A stretch of DNA of 64,000 nt from Malacoraja senta (Eukaryota), in contig CM075988.1 in assembly GCA_038087875.1 (NCBI GenBank), forward strand, positions 16,246,001 to 16,310,000, written 5' to 3'. The notes beneath the pieces are model-generated. The model was not told where the DNA came from and did not search any database. It worked only from the letters and a program-made list of their open reading frames with translations. Shown piece by piece: positions 54,115-64,000 of this stretch; position 1 is the stretch's first letter; every line of letters starts with the position of its first letter. A program made the translations under genes and the position numbers.

Positions 54115-56823
54115 AATGTGCTGATAGCTATTAATGACTGTGATATAGTTGGGATCACGGAGACATGGCTCCAGGGTAACCAAGGCTGGGAGCTGAACAT
54201 CCAGGGATATTCAATATTCAGGAGGGATAGAGAGAAAGGGAAAGGAGGTGGGGTAGCATTGCTGGTTAGAGAGCAGAAAACGCGAGTGGGAGTTGTGTAC
54301 AGGCCACCTAACTGTAGTAGTGGAGTTGGGGATGGCATCAAACAGGAAATTAGAAATGCGTGCAACAAAGGTAAAACAGTTATAATGGGTGACTTCAATC
54401 TACATATAGATTGGGTGAATCAAATTGGCATGGGTGCTGAGGTAGAGGAACCAACGAGAGAGCAGGCTATTCTAGATTCGGTATTGAGTAATGAGGAAGG
54501 GTTAGTTAGCAGTCTTGTTGTGTGTGGCCCCTTGGGCAAGAGTGACCATAATATGGTTGAGTTTTTCATTAGGATGGAGAGTGACATTGTTAATTCAGAA
54601 ACAAGGGTCCTGAACTTAAAGAAAGGTAACTTTGAGGGTATGAGAAGTGAATTGGCCAAGATAGACTGGCAATTGATTCTTAATGGGTTGACGGTAGATA
54701 TGTAATGGAAGGCATTTAAAGACTGCATGGATGAACTACAACAAATGTTCATCCCAGTTTGGCAAAAAAATAAATCAGGGAACGTAGTGCATCCATGGAT
54801 AACAAGGGAAATCAGGGATAGTATCATAACAAAAGATGAAGCGTACAAATTAGCCAGAAAAAGAAGCCTACCAGAGGACTGGGAGAAATTCAGAGTCCAG
54901 CAGAGGAGGACAAAGGGCTTAATTAGGAAAGGGAAAATAGATTATGAAAGAAAACTGGCAGGGAACATAAAAACTGACTGCAAAAGCTTTTATAGATATG
55001 TGAAGAGAAAAAGATTAGTTAAAACAAATGTAGGTCCCTTGCAGTCAGAAACAGGTGAATTGATCATGGGGAACAAGGACATGGCAGACCAATTGAATAA
55101 CTACTTTGGTTCTGTCTTCACTAAGGAAGACATAAATAATCTGCCGGAAATAGCAGGGGACCTGGGGTCAAATGAGATGGAGGAACTGAGTGAAATCCAG
55201 GTTAGCCGGGAAGTGGTGTTAGGTAAATTGAATGGATTAAAGGCCGATAAATCCCCAGGGCCAGATAGGCTGCATCCCAGAGTACTTAAGGAAGTAGCCC
55301 CAGAAATAGTGGATGCATTAGTGATAATTTTTCAAAACGCTTTAGATTCTGGAGTAGTTCCTGAGGATTGGAGGGTAGCTAATGTAACCCCACTTTTTAA
55401 AAAGGGAGGGAGAGAGAAAACAGGGAATTACAGACCAGTTAGTCTAACGTCGGTAGTGGGGAAACTGCTAGAATCAGTTATTAAAGATGGGATAGCAGCA
55501 CATTTGGAAAGTGGTGAAATCATTGGACAAAGTCAGCATGAATTTATGAAAGGTAAATCATGTCTGACGAATCTTATAGAATTTTTCGAGGATGTAACTA
55601 GTAGAGTGGATAAAGGAGTACCAGTGGATGTGTTATATCTGGACTTTCAGAAGGCTTTCGACAAGGTCCCACATAAGAGATTAGTATACAAACTTAAAGC
55701 ACATGGTATTGGGGGTTCAGTATTGATGTGGATAGAGAACTGGCTGGCAGACAGGAAGCAAAGAGTAGGAGTAAACGGGGCCTTTTCACAATGGCAGGCA
55801 GTGACTAGTGGGGTACCGCAAGGCTCAGTGCTGGGACCCCAGCTATTTACGATATATATTAATGATTTGGACGAGGTAATTGAATGCAACATCTCCGAGT
55901 TTGCAGATGACACGAAGCTGGGGGGCAGTGTTAGCTGTGAGGAGGATGCTCGGAGGCTGCAAGGTGACTTGGATAGGCTGGGTGAGTGGACAAATGCATG
56001 GCAGATACAGTATAATGTGGATAAATGTGAGGTTATCCACTTTGGTGGCAAAAACAGGAAAGTAGACTATTATCTGAATGGTGGCCGATTAGGAAAAGCG
56101 GAGATGCAACGAGACCTGGGTGTCATGGTACACCAGTCATTAAAAGTAGGCATGCAGGTGCAGCAGGCAGTGAAGAAGGCGAATGGTATGTTAGCATTCA
56201 TAGCAAAAGGATTTGAGTATAGGAGCAGGGAGGTTCTACTGCAGTTGTACAGGGTCTTGGTGAGACCACACCTGGAGTATTGCGTACAGTTTTGGTCTCC
56301 TAATCTGAGGAAAGACATTCTTGCCATAGAGGGAGTACAGAGAAGGTTCACCAGACTGATTCCTGGAATGTCAGGACTTTCATATGAAGAAAGACTGGAT
56401 AGACTTGGTTTGTACTAGCTAGAATTTAGAAGATTGAGGGGGGATCTTATAGAAACGTACAAAATTCTTAAGGGGTTGGACAGGCTAGATGCAGGAAGAT
56501 TGTTCCCGATGTTGGGGAAGTCCAGAACAAGGGGTCACAGTTTAAGGATAAGGGGGAAATCTTTTAGGACCGAGATGAGGAAAACCTTTTTCACACAGAG
56601 AGTGGTGAATCTCTGGAATTCTCTGTCACAGAAGGTAGTTGAGGCCAGTTCATTGGCTATATTTAAGAGGGAGTTAGATGTGGCCCTTGTGGCTAAAGGG
56701 ATCAGGGGGTATGGAGAGAAAGCAGGTTGATGAGTTGGATGATCAGCCATGATCATATCGAATGGCGGTTCAGGCTCGACGGGCCGAATGGCCACTCCTG
56801 CACCTATTTTCTATGTTTCTATG
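54115..56823 (+). mobile_element. CR1 LINE ORF2 (APE endonuclease + reverse transcriptase), inactivated
   Basis: GITETWL, MGDFN, SDHNMV, YLDFQKAFDKVPH, GVPQGSVLGP and FADD motifs; stops at ~54703 and ~56416; internal deletions in the EN domain; (TTTCTATG)n tail. Confidence 0.95.
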
Positions 56824-57089
56824 TAACCCTGGTACCCCCTCCCCAACCAACACAGCCAGACCCCAGTCTACAAAGAATGGACCCTGCACCCTGTCCTTCC
56901 CATTCACCACTTCACACCTACTTAAGGCAAGACTCTAGTATGAAAAGACTGGACCATTTCCCACCCCAACCAACACTTCACACCCACTCACAGTCTGACT
57001 TCAGTCTGCAAAGACGGCCTTTCTACACCCACCCCCCTCCAATCACCACTTCACACCCAATCATCCACACCCTCTGTGCTGCACAACAT

Positions 57090-58658
57090 AACTTATCCAA
57101 TATCAACAATAAAAATAGAGGAGGTGGAGAGGCTTTTCAGAGGACAAAAGAGCCGGAAATCTCCAGGACCGGACAATGTTTCCCCCTCTACTCTTAAGTT
57201 CTATGCCAAACAGCTGGCACCGGTCTATACAGACATTTTTAACATGTACTGTCGCTGCCTGCTTCAAAGTCTCCACTATTGTCCCTGTCCCCAAAAAGGC
57301 AAGGATTACTTGTCTTAATGACTACAGGCCTGTCGCACTGACCTCTGTAGTCATGAAGACACTCGAAAGGCTTGTGCTGGCCAAGCTGAAAAATATCACA
57401 AACTCCCTGCTGGACCCTCTGCAGTTTGCATATCGGTCCAATAGATCTGTGGATGATGCAGTCAACCTGGGCCTGCACTTCATCCTACAGCACCTAGACC
57501 GCCAGGGGACCTATGCGAGGATCCTGTTTGTTGATTTTAGCTCTGCATTCAACACCATTGTGCCAGAGCTACTACACTCCAAACTTTCCGAGTTGACTGT
57601 GCCTGAACCTCTCTGTCAGTGGATCACCAACTTCCTGACAGACAGGAAGCAGCATGTGAGGCTGGGAAAGCACATCTCGGACCCGCAAACGCTCAGCATA
57701 GGAGCACCGCAAGGCTGCGTACTCTCTCCTCTCCTCTACTCTCTCTACACCAACGACTGCACCTCCACAGACACCCCTGTCAAGCTTCTCAACTTTGCGG
57801 ACGACACAACCCTGATTGGACTGATCCAGGATGGGGATGCCTACAGACAGGAAGTGTCACAGCTGGCATCCTGGTGCCATCGCAACAACCTAGAGCTCAA
57901 TGCTCTTAAGACAGTGGAATTGATTGTAGACTTTAGGAGAGCTCCCCCTCCCCTCACCCCACTCACCATCAACAACACCACAGTCACATCTGTGGAGTCT
58001 TTTAAGTTCCTGGGAACCATCATCTCCAAGGACCTTAAGTGGGGGGCTACCATCGACTCCACAGTCAAAAAGGCACAACAGAGGATGTACTTCCTACGGC
58101 AGCTGAGGAAGCACAATCTGCCATAGGCAATGATGGTCCAATTCTACACAGCCATCGTAGAGTCTATTCTCACCTTCTCCATCATGGTCTGGTTTGGCTC
58201 AGCCACCAAGCACGACACGTGGAGGCTGCAGCGAATCGTCCGATCAGCAGAGATCTGATCTGCAACCTTCCCTCCATTGATGAACTGTACACTGCAAAGG
58301 CCAGGAAGCGAGCGGGCAAGATCATCTCTGACCCCTCTCACCCTGGCCACAAACTCTTTGAATCACTTCCCTCTGGAAGGCGACTCAGGACTGTCAAAGC
58401 TGCCACAGCCAGACATAAAAACAGATTTTATCCATGAGTAGTTGCTCTATTCAACAGACAAAAATCTGTAGCCTCCCTTGGATCTGGTATTTTGTTGGTT
58501 CACATGCTTGATCAATGGTGTTTTATCATTAATGTTTTATTATTATTAATGTTTTCTGAGTAATTCGTAACTGTCACTGTATGTCATGTTGTTACTTGTG
58601 GGCGGAGCACCAAGGCAAATTCCTTGTATGTGAATACTTGGCCAATAAACTTACTTAT
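57090..58658 (+). mobile_element. Rex1/Babar-type LINE RT region to 3' end, disrupted
   Basis: [43 protein letters not shown] and YFLRQL motifs; stop at ~58124 and frameshifts. Confidence 0.9.
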
Positions 58659-58679
58659 TGCCTTCTCATTTTGCATTTA

Positions 58680-59440
58680 GTCATAGAGTGATACAGTGCC
58701 CACACCAGTCAACATGTCCCAGCTACGCTAGTCCCTCCTGCCTGCGTTTAGTCTTTCCCATCAAATTTGTCCTCTCCATTTACCTGTCTAACTGTTTCTT
58801 AAATGTTGAGATAGTCCCAGCCTCAGCTACCTCCTCTGGCAGCTTCTTCCCTACGCCCACCACCCTTTGTGTGAAAAAGTTACCCCTCAGATTCCTATTA
58901 AATCTTTTCCCCTTCACCTTGAAGCTATGTCCTCTGGTCCTCGATTCCCCTTCTCTGGGCAAGAGATTTTTTGCATCTACCCGATTTATTCCTCTCATGA
59001 TTTTACACACCTCTTTAAGATCACCCCACATCCTCCTGCACCCCAAGGAATAGAGACCCAGCCTACTCAACCTCTCCCTATAGCTCAGGCCCTCTAGTCC
59101 TGGCAACATCCTCATAAATCTTCTCTGAACCCTTTTCAAGCTTGACAATATCTTTCCTATAACATGGTGCCCAGAACTGAACACAATACTCTAAATGTGG
59201 TCTCACGGACGTCATATACAACTGCAACATGACCTCCCAACTTCTATACTCAATAGTCTGACTGATGAAGGCCAATGTGTCAAAAGCCTTTCAGACCACC
59301 TTATCTACCTGCGACTCGACCTTCAAGGAACCATGCACCTGCACTCCTAGATCCCTCTGCTCTACAACACTCCCCAGAGACCTACCATTCCCTGTGTGGG
59401 TCCTGCCCTTGTTAGGCGTCCCAAAATGCAACACCACACA
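58680..59440 (-). mobile_element. CR1 LINE 3' fragment
   Basis: VRPHLEYCVQFW, GESRTRGHSF and FFTQRVVG on the minus strand. Confidence 0.88.
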
Positions 59441-59880
59441 TTTAAATCCACATATCTCATTGGTCCTTGTAATTTGTGAACCATCCTTTTAAAGTTTGCA
59501 TTAACAAACTGCAGTCATCAACAGTCTGGAAATCACATATTAGATCCTAGAAAGGCAGTTAAAACTTTTAAAGCTTCCAAAGTCTGTTCATGTATCTTAG
59601 TGCATTAAAATGTAAATGCCTGGACAGAGAACTCTGTCTACAGGAGAACACCCAGATTTATGCAAGTATATTGCTCAGTTTGAAATTGTGAATGATGACA
59701 ATTATAGTGTCTTTGAAGCCGCCTATGGCCAGTGATCATGAACCAATAATTAAACATTTGATTAGTTAATGCACTAAATGTGAATTTACCGTGTGACAGC
59801 AGTACATGTGAAGTATTCTGAAACTCTATTCTGAAAACTATTAACAGAAATTGTATTCTTATTTAACTAGGTGTGACATA

Positions 59881-60052
59881 ATGGCAGCTGGAAAGAATAT
59901 GAAATATGATTCTCTGGTGCTTTTGTGTGAATGGGGGTCGTGTGGATTTACTGCATCTGGAATGGAAGATTTCAGCAATCACATCGCGGGGCATTTGAAG
60001 GAGCATTTAAAGGAGCAAATCCACGGAGACGAGAGTGATATTGAACCACAAG
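59881..60052 (+). CDS. HINFP: HINFP first coding exon (exon starts 59871)
   Basis: actag acceptor, ATG 59881, [22 protein letters not shown]|gtgggg donor. Confidence 0.88.
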
Positions 60053-63000
60053 GTGGGGTGAGCTGGTGGTAGCGACCTTTGAGTGGAAGAGAAAAGAAAC
60101 AGAATTTAGAAAATATTCACCAGAAATGGCATCATTTAATGATAGCCAATGGTAGTGATGCCTGGATTTGAATAACTCTCGCAGATATAACTCAAAGGGC
60201 CATTTAGTTACCCATTTTTCTGAAGAAGGGTCCCGACCCGAAACGTCACCCATCCTTTTTCTCCAGAGATGCTGCCTGACCCACTGAGTTGCTCCAGCAC
60301 TTTGAGTCTCTCTCCCTTATGTTCTGCTTGTGTGGCAGGAATGGTTAGCAGTCTTCAAGATTTCTACTGATAGACTTGAAAATAATTCATGTCTACCCTG
60401 TGATACTAATTTGATCTTTTAACCTTTGTTTTTAGGAGCATGCCCAGATTAATACACACAGATTTTTGAAAGTGTATTGCTCAGTTTGAAATTTTGATTC
60501 TGCAAATGGGATGTAAAATAGGAGACCCATTTGTTTTTGTGACAAAAATTAAATACTCTATTTATTGTTTTTTTATTACATAGCAAATTGGGCTCCATCT
60601 CTGGAGAGACAGTGCAGAGAAGATTTGCAAGGATGTTGCATGGACCTGAGGGCCTGAGCCATAGGGAGAGGTTGAGCAGGCTAGGACTTTATTCACCCCT
60701 ATAGACAGTAGGATGAGGGGTGATCTTAAAGAGGTGTATAAGATCGTGAGGGGAATAGATGTAGTCTTTCACCCAAAATAGGGGAATCAAGCCAGTCTGA
60801 AGAAGGGTCTCCACTTGAAACGTCACCCATTCCTTCCCTCCAGTGATGCTGCCTGTCCCACTGAATTACTCCTGCTTTTTGTGTCTTATCTAGGGGAATC
60901 ACGAACCAGGGAACATGCGTTCAAAGTGAGAGGGGAAAGATTAAATGAGGATCTGAGGGAAAACCTTTTTCTCACAGAGGGTGGTGGGTAAATGGAACAA
61001 AATGGTATGGATGGTAGTTGAAGTAGGGTATTATAACAACATTTGAAAGGCACATGGACAGGTACATGGATAGGAAAGGTTTAGAGAGATTTGGGCCAAA
61101 TGCGGGCAAGTGAGACTAGTGTAGATGTGGCATCTAGATCAGTACGTGCAAGTTGGGCCGATGGGCCTGTTTCCATGCTGTACAACTCTATCCCAGCCCA
61201 GCTATCACTCCTTTGTCTAACAGAGTGAGTTATCGTCTCCATACCAACTTCCCCAATTACAGCTAACACCAACCATAACTAACTAGAGAGAAACAGCAGC
61301 TCTTATATTGATGATTTGTAGACAAGGGAAATGTAACTAGAAAATTAATTGGGTGTTACTCTTGTACACATTGCTGTATGACATGCGTCCATCACCATTC
61401 ATTAGAACTGAGACCATTTGGAACAAATGTTTTATGTAGCAAGAAGTTGAAGGATTGGAGAGGACAAAGTGAATGTATGTGACAGGATGGCAGGACTTTC
61501 ATATGAAGAAAGACTGGATAGACTCGGCCTGTACTCGCTAGAATTTAGAAGATTGAGGGGGGATCTTATAGAAACTTACAAGATTCTTAAGGGGTTGGAC
61601 AGGCTAGATGCAGGAAGATTGTTCCCGATGTTGGGGAAGTTCAGAACAAGGGGTCATAGTTTAAGGATAAGGGGGAAGTCTTTTAGGACCGAGATGAGAA
61701 AATCATTTTTCACACAGAGAGTGGTGAATCTGTGGAATTCTCTGCCACAGAAGGTAGTTGAGGCCAGTTCATTGGCTATATTTAAGAGGGAGTTAGATGT
61801 GGCCCTTGTGGCTAAAGGGATCAGGGGATATGGAGAGAAGGCAGGTACAGGATACTGAGTTGGATGATCAGCCATGATCATATTGAATGGCGGTGCAGGC
61901 TCGAAGGGCCGAATGGCCTACTCCTGCACCTATTTTCCATGTTTCTATGACAGGGTGCAGACCAATAGACTGATTGAAACCTGTGGTGGTGCCAGCTTAA
62001 TGCAGGTTTGTTAATCACCACTGAGCCGTCTGGGAGATGTAACAGAAAGAGGTGAGGGAGGACAGGGGAAGAGGAGATAAAACGATGCAGGAACAGGGGT
62101 ACAAAACACTTTCATTACTAGAAACCTGAAAGGTGACCATTTTTAAGTGTTAATTCTGCGATTCTCCACAGGTGCTGCCTGACTTGCTGAGAATTCCCAG
62201 CCTTATTTATTTTAAAGAATTTCTACACTTGCAGATTTATTTTCAGTCCAATAACTAACCGTCCTCATTGACCCACTTTGTTTCTTCTCTTATTTCTCAG
62301 AGGAGCACCAGTGCCTGTGGGCCGACTGTGGGTTCTACTCGGTGGAGAGTTCAACAGACGTTATCCGACATGTATATTTTCACGCCTACCACACAAAGCT
62401 TAAATACTGGGGTCTGCAGACCCTCCAGGCTCAGACTGAACTCGAACATTGTTTATTGGATCGGCAGAGCCGTAATATCATTCCAGAAATTCCAGAGAGT
62501 TTTATTTGCCTCTGGGGGCACTGTGACGTGAGTTGCTCAATCATCTTGGAAGTTTCTTTCCACACCCAGTCTTGTTTCTTGTTCCTTCTAACTCTGCCCT
62601 TTGTACTGTAGAATCATTGAGACCTTTAGCATGGAAACAGGCCCTTTGCCCACCAAATCAACACTGTCCATCGACCACCCGGTTGCACTAATCCCATTTT
62701 ATTATTGACGAAGACCCATCTCCAGAGATGCTGCCTGACCTGCTGAGTTACTCACTTTGTGTCTTTTGTAAACCAGTAACTGCAGTTCCTTGTTTCCCCG
62801 TTTTTATTATTCCCACATTCCCACCAATTCTGCGGAGATTCTACCCAGCATCTACACACCAGGAACCATTTACAGGGGCTAATGAACTTGCTGACCTGCA
62901 TCTCTTTGCAGGCAACTCATGTGTTCACAGGGAGGACATGCAAACTCCATAAAGAAAACACTGGAGGTCAGGGATCCCTGACGCTATGAAGCAGCAACTC

Positions 63001-63424
63001 TACTAGCTGTACCACTGTGCTGACTAAACATACTATTGAAAACATTGCATTGAGCTTTATTATATTAATCTGCGGTGACCATAACAATATAGCCCTATTC
63101 TGACAATGATATTGGATGAAGGAGCGAAATGCCACTTCCCAAATACGATCAGTTGCCTCCTTTGCTGCATGTGCAGCCTCATTTTGTGTCTGTGTGTGAT
63201 TTCCCCTGGTACCTCTGCATGCCTACATCTGTACAGGCTGCATGTTGTGTTTAACAGTTTATCACTTATCGTTTTGCTTTCCCATTTGTTGATGCGCTGT
63301 TTTCTATTTTAGAGCACTTTTGAGAATCCGGAATGGTTCTACAGGCACGTGGACATGCATGGAATGTGTTCAGATCGTGATGCAACCACAGACACTAATA
63401 TTATAATTCCGTGCTGTTGGAAAG
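59881..63424 (+). CDS. HINFP: histone H4 transcription factor (HiNF-P/MIZF), first three coding exons; gene continues beyond the window
   Basis: [43 protein letters not shown] and [11 protein letters not shown] match the HINFP N-terminal zinc fingers. Confidence 0.95.
61487..61947 (+). mobile_element. young 5'-truncated CR1 insertion
   Basis: intact ORF2 C-terminus and 3' UTR; TSD TGACAGG at 61480-61486 and 61948-61954. Confidence 0.9.
62301..62527 (+). CDS. HINFP: HINFP second coding exon
   Basis: [11 protein letters not shown]...LWGHCD; tctcag / gtgagt. Confidence 0.95.
63313..63424 (+). CDS. HINFP: HINFP third coding exon
   Basis: [16 protein letters not shown]...CCWK; ttttag / gtgagc. 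Confidence 0.93.
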
Positions 63425-64000
63425 GTGAGCCCTACCTGGAGCTAGATTGGTTGTCAGGTTCTTACTTCACACACTATAATTTGCAGAGCAAACCTAGCTG
63501 TCCTATGAGTCAAAATTTATGAATTCCTAGCAAGCTAGTTGTGTTAGGACAGTTAATTTTGAGCACCGTAATGGCTGCTTTTCTGGATGCTTACCGTTTT
63601 ATATATAACATTAGTAGTTAGAAAATGTCCTCCTTTGTAATATGGAGTAAAAATACTGTTGTGGTTCAATTTGGACTTTGGGGTTATTTGAAGAGAAGCC
63701 TCTTAAAGTAATACTTATAGCTGAAGTTGAGAAGACTAAGTAATCAGGAAAGGGAGAATAAGCTTGAGTGTTTTCCAATTTCCAAAGGCACAAGTTTCAT
63801 ATAATTCTACACATTGATAATTTTATAATGGGAACTGAATTTGAGCTCTGGCTGCGGGGGACAATGGTATGTTTCCATATTAGCTAACGAAAAGTAAGGA
63901 TAATGACATTTATTAAACAATACAGATAAATATATTTTGGTTAGAAAGAATCTCGGGATCTCAAAGTAATTGAAAGGAATGACTGGGATCTGAATGCATA

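Noticed and set aside
54727..56418. 563-aa RT ORF as a host gene or novel RT system
   Set aside because: Ordinary CR1 ORF2 broken by stops and deletions, with a typical CR1 3' tail.
57176..58126. Second RT ORF adjacent to the first, as a two-RT operon-like system
   Set aside because: An independent, disrupted Rex1/Babar-type LINE; adjacency of LINE fragments is expected at this repeat density.
59692..59834. Intronic C/D-box snoRNA (ATGATGA ... CTGA)
   Set aside because: No terminal stem, no recognisable rRNA or snRNA antisense element, and atypical spacing.

Overview
Eukaryotic, intron-rich vertebrate DNA. The repeat complement (HE1/V-SINEs, CR1 LINEs, Penelope-derived repeats) points to a cartilaginous fish, probably a skate or ray (inference). 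Three + strand protein-coding genes can be spliced by hand with consistent GT-AG phases. (1) The last 20 exons (~1070 codons, 2365-25293) of a large uncharacterised coiled-coil protein ending in a globular domain with an HxxxH motif. (2) A complete 9-exon DPAGT1 (29716-44922), with a 1-nt deficit in exon 7 and a frameshifted duplicate of exon 5 lying out of order in intron 3. (3) The CpG-island promoter and first three coding exons of HINFP (59881-63424, continuing past the window). The rest is mobile DNA: CR1 and Rex1/Babar-type LINE fragments, V-SINEs, two Harbinger-like MITEs, a 2.4-kb hAT-like element with a 5-bp TSD and a ~475-nt internal hairpin, and about 20 Penelope-like terminal repeats carrying minimal hammerhead-ribozyme cores, several as ~200-nt palindromes with 10-15-bp target-site duplications. 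Most ORFs in the supplied track are spurious or repeat-derived. Repeat boundaries are approximate unless a TSD is given.
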